A stretch of DNA of 64,000 nucleotides. It comes from Escherichia coli phage phiS. This document shows positions 1-9,286 of this stretch, one piece after another. The notes under the pieces were generated by a model. It worked only from the letters and a program-made list of their open reading frames with translations, ran no database searches and had not been told where the DNA came from. The stretch lies in the sequence record PP449093.1; one strand, 5' to 3'. The translations under genes and the position numbers were made by a program. Each line of letters opens with the position of its first letter. Position 1 is the first letter of the stretch.

Positions 1-1
1 G

Positions 2-958
2 CGCGGCAACTGTCTTGATATGAAAGAAAAGAATCCTTTGCGATTCAATGGTTATAATGTCGGCAATATGTATGGTATGGCGTGGCGACGCAAACCGATT
101 CATCCACACGGTGAAATCAAAATTAAGCGCGTTAAGAGCAAATATACACATACATTTAAGCACCCGTGGGTAGAAGACTTTACGCCAACCAATGAAACAG
201 AAGACCGTTTATGTGCTATCTGGCGTGGTATGCGTTATGAAGAGTTTGATTGTATTCTGGTAGCAGACCACTGGAAGACTCAATCTAATTTTGTTAATGA
301 TGCATATTGCTTGTGGGGATTCCAGGAATGGGTAGATAGTGGTTATTTCGATTATCTGCTTGATAGTGATTATCTGGGCGGTGACATTTTAGCACCGGAT
401 ACCACGATCTTTGTTAGTATGGACGTAGACACATCAAGCCCTAAAGACGATGAGGAATATGTATATCGCCAGAAGATTTGGGAAGACCAGTTACAAAACG
501 TGATTGAACAAATTAAAAACAATCCAACAGATCGCCGGATCATTATTGACTCATGGAACGTACAAGGAACACATAATGCTGTATTAGGTGTATGTCATCC
601 TTTCGTGCAATTCTATGTCAATGAAGGTAAACTGTCTTGTATGTGGTTTCAGCGAAGCGTAGACAGCTTTTTGGGCTTGCCCTTTAACGTCGCCAGCTAT
701 GCGCTGTTAACTCACATCATAGCGAAAATGTGTGATCTTGAGGTAGGAGAACTGATTTTCTCTGGTGGAGATACTCACATTTACAAAAACCACTTTGATC
801 AAGTTATGGAACAGTTAAGCCGTGTTCCGTTTGATAAACCAACAATTGAGTTGCCGGAATTTAAATCTTTAGATGAGATATTGACAAAGACTCCGAAAGA
901 CTTTAAAATTCACAACTATCAAAGCCATCCAGCGATCACAGCTCAAATGGCAGTATAA
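2..958 (+). CDS. td: Thymidylate synthase, 5' end truncated by window edge; carries a ~125-aa insertion relative to E. coli ThyA/T4 Td between the GxxYGxxWR motif and the DRR motif
   Basis: Frame open from base 2; motifs NVGNMYGMAWRR, TDRRIIIDSWN, CHPFVQFYV (catalytic Cys), FLGLPFNVASYALL, GDTHIYKNH and C-terminal HPAITAQMAV match the ThyA family. Confidence 0.85.
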   Translation, partial: RGNCLDMKEKNPLRFNGYNVGNMYGMAWRRKPIHPHGEIKIKRVKSKYTHTFKHPWVEDFTPTNETEDRLCAIWRGMRYEEFDCILVADHWKTQSNFVNDAYCLWGFQEWVDSGYFDYLLDSDYLGGDILAPDTTIFVSMDVDTSSPKDDEEYVYRQKIWEDQLQNVIEQIKNNPTDRRIIIDSWNVQGTHNAVLGVCHPFVQFYVNEGKLSCMWFQRSVDSFLGLPFNVASYALLTHIIAKMCDLEVGELIFSGGDTHIYKNHFDQVMEQLSRVPFDKPTIELPEFKSLDEILTKTPKDFKIHNYQSHPAITAQMAV

Positions 959-1028
959 ACAAAGGGGGCGAAAGCCCCCCAAATATGGAGGATAAACTTG
1001 TTCCTGCTAAAATATGAAGTGAGGTAAT

Positions 1029-3272
1029 ATGATTAAAAATGTTGTTAAGTCTTCCGGTCTGACTGTTCCGTTTGAAAAAGAAAAAGTAATGAAAATTCTT
1101 GAAGCGGCAGCCGAAGGTCATAACGTTGATCCATATGAATTGTTTGATATGGTTGAACCACTTCTGACAGAAGGTATGTCTACCAATGATATCCAGAAAG
1201 TATTGATTAAGGTCGCAGCAGATAACATTACTGTAGAAACACCAGATTATCAATATGTAGCAAGTAACCTTGCAATGTTCGCGCTTCGCAAATCAGTATA
1301 CGGTCAATTCCAACCGATTGATTTTTATAGCCATATTGAGCGTAATATTGCAACCGGAAAATATGATCGCGAAATTCTGCAAAAGTATTCCCGCGAAGAA
1401 GTGGAATATCTGGAGAAATTCATCGATCATAAACTTGATTTTAAAATGACCTACGCTGGTGCGATGCAGTTAAAAGAGAAATATCTTGTTCAGGATCGCA
1501 GCACTAAGAAAATCATTGAAACACCGCAGTTTGCGTATATGCTGATCGGTATGTGCTTACATCAAGAAGAGACAGAAAATCGACTTGAACATGTGATTGA
1601 TTTTTATAATGCTGTTGCGAATAAGCAAATTTCTCTGCCTACTCCGATTATGGCGGGTGTGCGTACCCCGACACGACAATTTAGTTCGTGTGTGGTTATT
1701 GAAAGTGATGACTCATTGCAGGGCATCAACGAAACAGCAAATGCAATCATCAAGTATATTAGTAAGCGTGCTGGTATCGGTATCAATGCTGGTATGATTC
1801 GCGCGGAAGGATCTAAGATCGGGCATGGTGAAGTTCGTCATACTGGCGTTATCCCATTCTGGAAACATTTTCAGACTGCCGTTAAGTCATGCTCACAAGG
1901 CGGTATTCGTGGCGGGGCGGCGACTCTCTATTACCCAATGTGGCATTTAGAGTTTGAAAGTCTTATTGTGTTGAAGAACAACAAAGGGGTAGAAGATAAC
2001 CGCATTCGTCATCTTGATTACGGCGTACAGATTAATAACCTGATGGTAGAGCGATTCCTTAAACGGGATTACATTACTCTGTTTAGTCCAGATGTTGCAG
2101 GTGGCTTGTTGTGGGATCTGTACTTCCGAGATGAGGAAGGTTTCCGCCAGCTTTACGAAAAACTGGAAAAAGATCCGAGTGTTCGTAAAACTCGTGTTAA
2201 AGCCGAAGACCTGTTTTTAGCGGTAGCAATTGAACGTTTTAACACTGGTCGAATCTACCCAACATTCACAGACAACATGAACAATCACGGGGCGTTTATT
2301 CGTAATGTAGCACCAATTAAACAATCTAACCTGTGTTGTGAAATTGCTCTGCCAACAAAACCGATGGGTCGTGATGATTCAGAAATTAGCCTATGTACTT
2401 TGGCAGCATATGTTTTAGGTAATTTCGATATCGAAAATATGGAAGAAGTAGAACGCATTGCTATGGTTATGGTGCGTGCACTTGACAACCTGTTAGATTA
2501 TCAGGATTATCCTGTAGAACAAGCTCTGACAGCCAAAAAACGTCGCTCTCTGGGTGTTGGTGTTACTAACTTTGCATCATATCTAGCAGATAATTTCTTC
2601 ACATATGAAGACGCTAACGAGTTTACGCATAAAACGTTTGAACGCTTGCAATATGCTCTGATTAAGGCTAGTGTGCGACTGGCTAAAGAGAAGGGTGCTT
2701 GCGAACTGATGCACGAAACACGTTATGGTCGCGGTGAACTGCCTATCGACTGGTACAAAAAGACAGTAGATGAACTGGTTGATCCGGTGTATGAGATGGA
2801 TTGGGAAGAACTGCGCGAAGACCTGAAAAAATATGGCATTCGTAACAGTACACTTTCGGCGCTGATGCCGTGTGAGTCGTCTTCTCAGGTATCTAACAGC
2901 ACAAACGGTATTGAACCGCCTCGCGGGATTGTATCGGTTAAAGGATCGAAAGAAGGGCAATTTAATCAGGTTATTCCGAACGTAGAGAATAATGCTGATG
3001 TTATTGACCTGCTTTGGACACTGATCAAGAAAGGTAACAAGCCTTATCTGACACTGGCAGCGATCATGCAGAAGTTTGTAGATCAGGCGATTAGTTCCAA
3101 TACATCCTATGATCCAAGCACTTATAAGACTGGTAAAGTCGATATTGCTGATGTGTTAGATGATATGTTGTTCGCTCAACATTACGGTCTGAAAACCCTG
3201 TATTATGCGAACGTTCGCGACGGTGCAGATGGTACGGAAGACGCTAGCGAGTGCTCATCTTGCAAGCTGTAA
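1029..3272 (+). CDS. nrdA: Ribonucleotide reductase class Ia large subunit
   Basis: 747 aa; N-terminal ATP-cone-like segment, C-terminal CESSSQVSNSTNGIEPPRG active-site region; RBS GAGGTAA before ATG; position td-nrdA-nrdB as in T4. Confidence 0.95.
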   Translation: MIKNVVKSSGLTVPFEKEKVMKILEAAAEGHNVDPYELFDMVEPLLTEGMSTNDIQKVLIKVAADNITVETPDYQYVASNLAMFALRKSVYGQFQPIDFYSHIERNIATGKYDREILQKYSREEVEYLEKFIDHKLDFKMTYAGAMQLKEKYLVQDRSTKKIIETPQFAYMLIGMCLHQEETENRLEHVIDFYNAVANKQISLPTPIMAGVRTPTRQFSSCVVIESDDSLQGINETANAIIKYISKRAGIGINAGMIRAEGSKIGHGEVRHTGVIPFWKHFQTAVKSCSQGGIRGGAATLYYPMWHLEFESLIVLKNNKGVEDNRIRHLDYGVQINNLMVERFLKRDYITLFSPDVAGGLLWDLYFRDEEGFRQLYEKLEKDPSVRKTRVKAEDLFLAVAIERFNTGRIYPTFTDNMNNHGAFIRNVAPIKQSNLCCEIALPTKPMGRDDSEISLCTLAAYVLGNFDIENMEEVERIAMVMVRALDNLLDYQDYPVEQALTAKKRRSLGVGVTNFASYLADNFFTYEDANEFTHKTFERLQYALIKASVRLAKEKGACELMHETRYGRGELPIDWYKKTVDELVDPVYEMDWEELREDLKKYGIRNSTLSALMPCESSSQVSNSTNGIEPPRGIVSVKGSKEGQFNQVIPNVENNADVIDLLWTLIKKGNKPYLTLAAIMQKFVDQAISSNTSYDPSTYKTGKVDIADVLDDMLFAQHYGLKTLYYANVRDGADGTEDASECSSCKL

Positions 3273-3280
3273 AATAAGTG

Positions 3281-3309
3281 TTGACGCGGGGAGAAATCCC
3301 CGCTATAAT
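3281..3309 (+). promoter_or_regulatory. sigma70-type early promoter with stem-loop in spacer (PeSL-like): TTGACG - 17 bp - TATAAT
   Basis: TTGACG 3281-3286, inverted repeat GCGGGGA gaaa TCCCCGC 3286-3303, TATAAT 3304-3309. Confidence 0.6.
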
Positions 3310-3341
3310 ACAACCATCAAAAACAAGTGAGGATTTTTATT

Positions 3342-3509
3342 ATGACCAAATTAAAATGTGTTGCTGTAGATTTTGAGCTAGCTGATAGCTTTGTTGTCGG
3401 TGATGTATATGATGCTCGACATGATGGGGCTTGCTACTACGTTGAGGATGAATATGGCGTAGAATGGGCTATTCTTCCTGATGATAAATGCTTTGAGGTT
3501 GTAGGATAA
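3342..3509 (+). CDS. Hypothetical small protein (55 aa)
   Basis: ATG preceded by GAGGA RBS; downstream of PeSL-like promoter. Confidence 0.35.
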   Translation: MTKLKCVAVDFELADSFVVGDVYDARHDGACYYVEDEYGVEWAILPDDKCFEVVG

Positions 3510-3682
3510 TGGCTACTGTATGGTTATTGATTGCAATCAGCAATTCAATGTATAATTACGGAAATATGTCAAGCATTGAGTTTGCAACAAAGCAGGATTG
3601 CGTTAAAGCTCGCGAGGTTATCCGCGAAGACAATAAACGCTTTATGAATCTGTACTGTGTTGAAAAGCAGAAGGTGAACTAA
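3509..3682 (+). CDS. Small membrane-anchored protein, tandem paralog 1 (57 aa)
   Basis: Not in the ORF track (<60 aa); MATVWLLIAISNSMY hydrophobic N-terminus; TAATG start-stop overlap; paralog of 3682..3849. Confidence 0.4.
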   Translation: MATVWLLIAISNSMYNYGNMSSIEFATKQDCVKAREVIREDNKRFMNLYCVEKQKVN

Positions 3683-3849
3683 TGGCTACATTATGGTTAT
3701 TGCTTTCCGTTAGTGTTGGTGTGTATAATAAAGGCACGGTCACTGGTGTAGAGTTTACATCTCATCAAAGTTGTTTTGAGGCTTTGCGGGAACTACAACA
3801 GGATAGCGAAATAAACAGAAATACTAAGTTCTTTTGTGTTAAAAAGTGA
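3682..3849 (+). CDS. Small membrane-anchored protein, tandem paralog 2 (55 aa)
   Basis: MATLWLLLSVSVGVY N-terminus, same architecture as 3509..3682; TAATG overlap. Confidence 0.4.
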   Translation: MATLWLLLSVSVGVYNKGTVTGVEFTSHQSCFEALRELQQDSEINRNTKFFCVKK

Positions 3850-3918
3850 TAGTGAGGTGAATTAATCCTTCTTCTGGATACCTGATAAATAATGGTATAC
3901 AGAAAAGAGGATTTATTC

Positions 3919-4566
3919 ATGAACTTACAAAAACTACACGACGCAATCATAGAAAAAGCAAAGATGAGAGGAACCGTTGAAGGATATAAGGAAACACATC
4001 ACATTTTACCGCGATCTATGGGTGGCAGTGATGAAGTCGATAACCTGATTGATTTGACAGCAAAAGAACATTTTGTTATTCATCACCTGCTAGCAAAAAT
4101 TCATGGTGGACCTATGGCGCAAGCATTTGGTATGATGTGTTTGGCAAAAAATGCTAAGACCAATAAAAGAGATTATGTTGTTTCGTCTAGGGTATATGAA
4201 CAAGCTAGGGTACTGATATCTGAACAAAGAAAGGGTAAGCCTATGAAAGAAGAAACGCGAAGAAAGATTAGCGAATCTTCAAAGGGTGTATTGAAATCAG
4301 AAGAAACAAAAGCTAAAATGCGTAAACCAAAAACAAAGGAGCACGCGTTAAACATTTCAAAAGCTAGAATGGGAAGTAAAAATCCTATGTTTGGTAAACC
4401 ATCACCAACTAAAGGAATACCACATAGCGAGGAAATGAGAAAGCTGATTGCACAAAGGACAAAGGAAGCAACGATGGCAGATCCTTGTCCGCATTGCGGT
4501 AAAATTACCAATAAAGGCAATGCTCTACGATGGCACTTTGATAACTGTAAAATGAGGAATATGTGA
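3919..4566 (+). CDS. mobE: HNH homing endonuclease between nrdA and nrdB (MobE-like)
   Basis: HNH core HHILPRSMGGSDEVDNLIDLTAKEHFVIH; repeated NUMOD3-like K/R-rich segments; RBS AAGAGGA before ATG 3919; stop overlaps nrdB ATG; same position as T4 mobE. Confidence 0.75.
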   Translation: MNLQKLHDAIIEKAKMRGTVEGYKETHHILPRSMGGSDEVDNLIDLTAKEHFVIHHLLAKIHGGPMAQAFGMMCLAKNAKTNKRDYVVSSRVYEQARVLISEQRKGKPMKEETRRKISESSKGVLKSEETKAKMRKPKTKEHALNISKARMGSKNPMFGKPSPTKGIPHSEEMRKLIAQRTKEATMADPCPHCGKITNKGNALRWHFDNCKMRNM

Positions 4567-5760
4567 ATGGGAAATACGGTATTTAATCGTGAACATGTTG
4601 ATATTATGAATGAACCGATGTTTCTGGGTAGCGGTTTAGGTATCGCTCGTTATGATATTCAGCGTCATCAAGTATTTGAAGAATTAATTGAAAAATCTCT
4701 GTCATTTTTCTGGCGTCCAGAAGAGATTTCACTTGCAACTGACCGCATTCAATATCTTAATATGGGTGACGTTGAAAAGCGTTTCTTTACTGAAAACTTG
4801 AAGTATCAGACATTACTTGATTCTATTCAAGGTCGCGCACCGTCCGCAGCATTTGGTCCAATTGTATCTGATCCAACTCTCGATACATGGTTACAAACAT
4901 GGACATTCAGCGAAACGATTCATAGCCGCAGTTATACTCACATTATGCGTAACTGTTTTATTGATCCGGCTAGTGAGTTCGACCAGATCATCGATAACCC
5001 TGCTATCATGAAGCGAGCGGAATCTATCGGGAAATATTATGATGATGTTCTTTATTGGATTCGTAAGTATGAGAATGCAAAAGAAGATCTCCGCTATTGG
5101 GAAGAAGAAGTTCTCCACCACTATTGGGAAGAACGAGACGATCAGACAGAATTAGATGATGCAAGAAGATTTTTTGAAGATACAAAACGAGATCTGATGG
5201 CTTCGATTTATCTGTGTGCACACTGCGTAAATGCACTGGAAGCAATTCGTTTTTATGTGTCCTTTGCATGTACTTTCAGCTTTGCCGAACGTGGTTTACT
5301 GGAAGGTAACGCGAAGATCATGAAATTTATTGCGCGTGATGAACAACTTCACTTAAAAGGCACACAATACATTATTCGTCAATGGCAAACGGGGGTTGAT
5401 GGTGATGAGTGGAAACAGATTGCGGAAGAACTTGAAGGCGAAGCAACGAAAATCTTTCTGGATGTTGTCGAGCAAGAAAAAGAATGGGTAGACCACCTAT
5501 TCGCAATGGGGGCAATTCCTAACCTGTCACCGGAAATTCTGAAAACCTATGTAGAATACCTGGCAGATTCCCGTATGCGCGCCGCCGGACTGAAAAGCCC
5601 GTTTAGTGTTCGTCGTCATCCGTTACCGTGGATGCGTAAATGGTTGAACTCTGACGAAGTACAGAATGCAGCGCAGGAAGTAGAGATTATGTATCTGGTA
5701 TCTCAGGTTAATACCGATTTAACAGACGACGACTACAACCGATTCGGGAAATATCTATGA
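4567..5760 (+). CDS. nrdB: Ribonucleotide reductase class Ia small subunit; no intron evident
   Basis: 397 aa continuous ORF; di-iron ligand motifs (EALEAIRFYVSF, ARDEQLHL); C-terminal acidic tail. Confidence 0.95.
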   Translation: MGNTVFNREHVDIMNEPMFLGSGLGIARYDIQRHQVFEELIEKSLSFFWRPEEISLATDRIQYLNMGDVEKRFFTENLKYQTLLDSIQGRAPSAAFGPIVSDPTLDTWLQTWTFSETIHSRSYTHIMRNCFIDPASEFDQIIDNPAIMKRAESIGKYYDDVLYWIRKYENAKEDLRYWEEEVLHHYWEERDDQTELDDARRFFEDTKRDLMASIYLCAHCVNALEAIRFYVSFACTFSFAERGLLEGNAKIMKFIARDEQLHLKGTQYIIRQWQTGVDGDEWKQIAEELEGEATKIFLDVVEQEKEWVDHLFAMGAIPNLSPEILKTYVEYLADSRMRAAGLKSPFSVRRHPLPWMRKWLNSDEVQNAAQEVEIMYLVSQVNTDLTDDDYNRFGKYL

Positions 5761-6233
5761 TATATTTTGTCGATTTAGATTTTACGATCACAGATCCAAC
5801 GCATCGACTAGCAAAGATGCCAACCGAAAATCTTGATAAAGTCGAGTCGTGGATCGAATATAACAAGGCATGTGGGGGAGATTCCCCCATTTACGATGTA
5901 ATTCGTGTTATTAATGCTCTTTCCGACAACGGGCATTTGATTTACATCCTCACCGGACGAAGTTCACATGCTTACATGGAAACAATTGATTGGTTAATTT
6001 CTAACGGGGTGTGTTTTGATAAAATCTTTATGAGAGGCCGTACCGATTCCCGTAAAGACTATCACATCAAATTAGAGGTAATTAAATCCTTTGATAAAGA
6101 TGAAGTTGTCGGAGTCTTTGAGGATAACCCAGAAGTGATTAAAGTTTTGCGTGAAAATGGTTATCGTGTCTTTGACGTAGGAAATCACAAAGATAAGACG
6201 CGAGCGGATATTGCAAATCACGGTCATGATTAA
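5757..6233 (+). CDS. HAD-superfamily phosphatase-like protein
   Basis: N-terminal DxD motif in VDLDFTITD (HAD motif I); ATGA overlap with nrdB stop. Confidence 0.5.
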   Translation: MIYFVDLDFTITDPTHRLAKMPTENLDKVESWIEYNKACGGDSPIYDVIRVINALSDNGHLIYILTGRSSHAYMETIDWLISNGVCFDKIFMRGRTDSRKDYHIKLEVIKSFDKDEVVGVFEDNPEVIKVLRENGYRVFDVGNHKDKTRADIANHGHD

Positions 6234-6244
6234 TGTTTGTTCAA

Positions 6245-6271
6245 AGTCGCCCATAGTGGCGACTTTTTTTG
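6245..6271 (+). terminator. Rho-independent terminator
   Basis: AGTCGCC cata gt GGCGACT followed by TTTTTTT. Confidence 0.6.
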
Positions 6272-6281
6272 TTATTGGGTG

Positions 6282-6310
6282 TTGACAATCGGATCGTGGT
6301 ATAGCATAAT
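6282..6310 (+). promoter_or_regulatory. sigma70-type early promoter (PeSL-like, degenerate stem): TTGACA - 17 bp - CATAAT
   Basis: TTGACA 6282-6287, CATAAT 6305-6310, conserved leader ...cccatcgaaacGGAGGaacatATG. Confidence 0.55.
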
Positions 6311-6334
6311 GCACCCATCGAAACGGAGGAACAT

Positions 6335-6553
6335 ATGGAAACAGAAGAACAAGTCATTGCATATTTTCATCGTAAAAAGATGAAACTTAGAATCGAAAAA
6401 CAGTACATCAATCACTACATTGACCAAGTTCACTTAACAAGTACACCTTACCTATTCCGGTTGATAAACCCTAGAAAACGGTGGGAGAAGTTGGATAGAA
6501 ACACAAAAATAATTGATAAGCTCACCCAATGGTGGAATGAATACAACAAGTAA
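6335..6553 (+). CDS. Hypothetical protein (72 aa)
   Basis: ORF with GGAGGA RBS downstream of PeSL promoter. Confidence 0.45.
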   Translation: METEEQVIAYFHRKKMKLRIEKQYINHYIDQVHLTSTPYLFRLINPRKRWEKLDRNTKIIDKLTQWWNEYNK

Positions 6554-6560
6554 AAAGTAG

Positions 6561-6589
6561 TTGACACTGAATAACGGGGGTAGTAAGAT
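6561..6589 (+). promoter_or_regulatory. PeSL-like early promoter: TTGACA - 17 bp - TAAGAT
   Basis: TTGACA 6561-6566, TAAGAT 6584-6589, imperfect inverted repeat GGGGGTAGTA/TACTCCC around the -10. Confidence 0.55.
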
Positions 6590-6622
6590 ACTCCCATCGA
6601 AACGAAACAAAGGAGAATCAAA

Positions 6623-6841
6623 ATGAAATTTACTTGCACCGACTCTATCAACAAACACTTTGTAGTGGGCGAAGTATACGAATCTACTACTATTCGTCAA
6701 CGTGACCTGATGGGTCGCCTTTACAATCAGCCAGTATTCATTATTGGTGAAGAATTGTTCTACATTGAAAACCGTCCGTGGGTTGCTTTCAATAAACGAG
6801 GACGCAAGGTAGCAAAATTCGAACTTGTCATTAAAAAGTAG
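6623..6841 (+). CDS. Hypothetical protein (72 aa)
   Basis: ORF with GGAG RBS downstream of PeSL promoter. Confidence 0.45.
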   Translation: MKFTCTDSINKHFVVGEVYESTTIRQRDLMGRLYNQPVFIIGEELFYIENRPWVAFNKRGRKVAKFELVIKK

Positions 6842-6870
6842 TTGACAGCATATCACGGGAGTAGTAAGAT
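6842..6870 (+). promoter_or_regulatory. PeSL-like early promoter: TTGACA - 17 bp - TAAGAT
   Basis: TTGACA 6842-6847, TAAGAT 6865-6870, inverted repeat GGGAGTA gtaaga TACTCCC. Confidence 0.55.
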
Positions 6871-6903
6871 ACTCCCATACCAAAACAACTAAGGAGTATC
6901 AAG

Positions 6904-7302
6904 ATGATTAAATTTCAAACTCGCAAAGACGTTCTGGACTTCGTTAAAGTTTTCGGTTACGCTGCATTGCAACATGCAATGGACAAAATGACCATCTCCC
7001 CAGATCAGACTATGCTGATCCGTATGGTTAAAGCAACCGCCTACAAAAACGACATTACCCTCTCAGAAATCAACGACGGTAATACTGTCCGCGAGGTAAT
7101 TGTTTCTTTCGAATCACCGAAAATTGGCGGTTTTCATACCACGATGTTAGGTGAAATCACTGTCACTGTATACGGGCAAGGTGGCGGAGTGTTTACCGTC
7201 AAAGAAGCAATGGAAAATGGAACGCTGAACAAAGAAAAACTGGAATTTGTCCTGAAAATCATCAAGGAGCGTAACGAAGCTCGCGATATTCTGGAAAGTT
7301 AA
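6904..7302 (+). CDS. Hypothetical protein (132 aa)
   Basis: ORF with GGAG RBS; followed by terminator-like hairpin. Confidence 0.5.
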   Translation: MIKFQTRKDVLDFVKVFGYAALQHAMDKMTISPDQTMLIRMVKATAYKNDITLSEINDGNTVREVIVSFESPKIGGFHTTMLGEITVTVYGQGGGVFTVKEAMENGTLNKEKLEFVLKIIKERNEARDILES

Positions 7303-7309
7303 TAAGGTG

Positions 7310-7334
7310 GGCGGGAGAAATCCCGCCTTTGTTG
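7310..7334 (+). terminator. Rho-independent terminator-like hairpin
   Basis: GGCGGGA gaaa TCCCGCC followed by TTTGTTGT. Confidence 0.45.
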
Positions 7335-7352
7335 TGACGTGAGGAAAGGATA

Positions 7353-7814
7353 ATGATTAATGAGCTAATAGAAAACTATGGATTCGTTAAATATTCATGT
7401 TTAGAGTGTAAAGATGGTGATGTGATTCTACCGCCTCAGAAGAACCGTTTAAATGTTCTTTACGCTATTGTTGTTGATGATGAACTGGTATACATTGGTC
7501 AGACTGTTAATCTCAGAAAGCGGATCAATTATTACCGGACTAGCATTAACAGACAAACACCAACAGCGGATACTCGCAAGAGTAAGAATATTCATAAGGC
7601 GCTAGAGGAAGGTAAGACAGTAACATTCTATTACCGACAGTGCTTTGAGTTGTACATCGAGAATCCAACGGGTAAGGATATTATAAGCACTGCCGATATC
7701 GAAGAACCTGTTTTGATCACCAAATTTAAACCAGAATGGAACACAAATTATGTCAACAAAAGAAAACAACAAAAAAGTTTTAGCATTGTTCAAAAATCTG
7801 ATGGTACTATGTGA
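7353..7814 (+). CDS. denA: Endonuclease II (GIY-YIG family)
   Basis: GIY-YIG core NVLYAIVVDDELVYIGQTVNLRKRINYYRTSINRQ closely resembles T4 EndoII as I recall it; position upstream of rnlA. Confidence 0.75.
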   Translation: MINELIENYGFVKYSCLECKDGDVILPPQKNRLNVLYAIVVDDELVYIGQTVNLRKRINYYRTSINRQTPTADTRKSKNIHKALEEGKTVTFYYRQCFELYIENPTGKDIISTADIEEPVLITKFKPEWNTNYVNKRKQQKSFSIVQKSDGTM

Positions 7815-8919
7815 CGGATCTGATACGTTCTATTACAAAGATGAAATTACGGCGATGCAAACCCGTATGCGCATTTTTAGCTATCTGTACTTGAGCAAAC
7901 CGGAAATGTGGAATAAACCAGATGCGTTAGAGTGTCGCGGGATCATGTTTGAAATTGACGATAAAGGTCGTCCGGTCCGCATCGCATCTCGTCCTATGGA
8001 GAAGTTTTTTAATTTGGGTGAGAATGATCGCGCTCGCTTTAAGCCGGAAGATGTGGAAATGGTCATGGACAAAATGGACGGTAGTCTAGTAAGTACATAC
8101 ATTGATAACGGCTATGTTCAGTTGAAGTCTAAAGCGGCCTTGTACTCAAGCCAGGCAGAGAGAGCAAACGGTCTTCTGTATTCAGAGAAGTATGCGGATC
8201 TACGCGCTAAGATTGCTGATATTGGGTCTGATTATACTTTCAACTTTGAATATACAGCGCCCAGCAACCGAATTGTTGTAGAATATTCTGAACCGTCGCT
8301 AACACTTCTGAATGTACGCCATAACGTCACAGGAGAGTATGTACCGCATCAAATGCTATTCGCTGATGCAATCCTACGTCCTCATCTGGTAAATGCGTTA
8401 CAGGTTGATTCAGCGCGTTTTAGCAATATTCTTGATGAAGTTCGGATCGCAGAAGGTATCGAAGGAATTGTTGCACGCACTAAAGACGGTCAAATGTTCA
8501 AAGTGAAGAGTGAATGGTATATTGGTGTGCATAACATTAAAAACACATCGATGTTTCCTAATAACCTGATCTACTATGTAGTAGAAAGTGAAACCGATGA
8601 TTTGCGTGCTGCATATGAAGGCGAACCGGAAGCACTGGAACGAATCGAGCTATTCGAGGAAGCATTCAGGTCTATTCTTCGCAATGCCTTCACGACAGCA
8701 ACAGAATTTTATAACGCACACGCGGGAGAAGACAGAAAGACATATGCATCCAATGCGACTATCGAATCACGTAAACATGGTGATGCACAAGCATATATTT
8801 TCATGTGTCTGATGATTGCATTTGATGGTCTTGATTATGACCGTATTCTGGATTCAATGAAAACTTACTATCTACGGAATTATAAGAAACTGATTCCGGC
8901 TGATAAGATTGATTGGTAA
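7750..8919 (+). CDS. rnlA: RNA ligase 1; start uncertain (overlaps denA 3' end)
   Basis: Nucleotidyltransferase KxDG motif in VMDKMDGSLVSTY; ALECRGIMFE and IASRPMEKFFNL blocks as in T4 Rnl1. Confidence 0.85.
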   Translation: MSTKENNKKVLALFKNLMVLCDGSDTFYYKDEITAMQTRMRIFSYLYLSKPEMWNKPDALECRGIMFEIDDKGRPVRIASRPMEKFFNLGENDRARFKPEDVEMVMDKMDGSLVSTYIDNGYVQLKSKAALYSSQAERANGLLYSEKYADLRAKIADIGSDYTFNFEYTAPSNRIVVEYSEPSLTLLNVRHNVTGEYVPHQMLFADAILRPHLVNALQVDSARFSNILDEVRIAEGIEGIVARTKDGQMFKVKSEWYIGVHNIKNTSMFPNNLIYYVVESETDDLRAAYEGEPEALERIELFEEAFRSILRNAFTTATEFYNAHAGEDRKTYASNATIESRKHGDAQAYIFMCLMIAFDGLDYDRILDSMKTYYLRNYKKLIPADKIDW

Positions 8920-8925
8920 TAATAA

Positions 8926-8947
8926 GCGGGGCTAGTTCCCGCCTTTT
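8926..8947 (+). terminator. Weak terminator-like hairpin
   Basis: GCGGG gctagtt CCCGC then CTTTTGTC. Confidence 0.3.
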
Positions 8948-8962
8948 GTCGTTGGGGGTAAT

Positions 8963-9286
8963 ATGTCAAAGCTGATATACATTGTTATCATCTCTGTCTT
9001 GCTAGGGGTAGGTGGTAATATGTGGTGGGAAAATAAAAAGGAGGTAGATCGACTGAATCAGGAATTTACAGAGTATAAGAAAAAGACAGATGAAAAGATG
9101 AAGATTGTAGACTCGCTACAAAAGGAGATGTACGGAATAAGAACTAAGTTTGCAGAAGAACAAAACAAAGCAATGAAAGACGCTACACGAGGCTATGTAG
9201 TAGCACAAAAACCCAAGTTGGTAGAGAAACAGCTTAATGACTCATTTAAGGAGTTTACCGAAGAATTAAAGGAGGCTACTAAATGA
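8963..9286 (+). CDS. Putative i-spanin (Rz-like): N-terminal transmembrane helix plus coiled coil
   Basis: LIYIVIISVLLGVGG hydrophobic segment then K/E-rich helical region; sits just upstream of pseT, as the T4 spanin genes do. Confidence 0.5.
   Translation: MSKLIYIVIISVLLGVGGNMWWENKKEVDRLNQEFTEYKKKTDEKMKIVDSLQKEMYGIRTKFAEEQNKAMKDATRGYVVAQKPKLVEKQLNDSFKEFTEELKEATK

Noticed and set aside
964-979. GC hairpin GGGGGC gaaa GCCCCC after td as a terminator
   Set aside because: No U-tract follows and nrdA must be co-transcribed or separately initiated; more likely an RNA stability or processing stem-loop, so not called as a terminator.
1597-2960. ORF-track entries inside or antisense to nrdA (1597..1797 +, 1604..1786 -, 2285..2488 -, 2583..2960 -)
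   Set aside because: They overlap a well-supported conserved gene in other frames or on the opposite strand and have no RBS or motif support; treated as chance ORFs.
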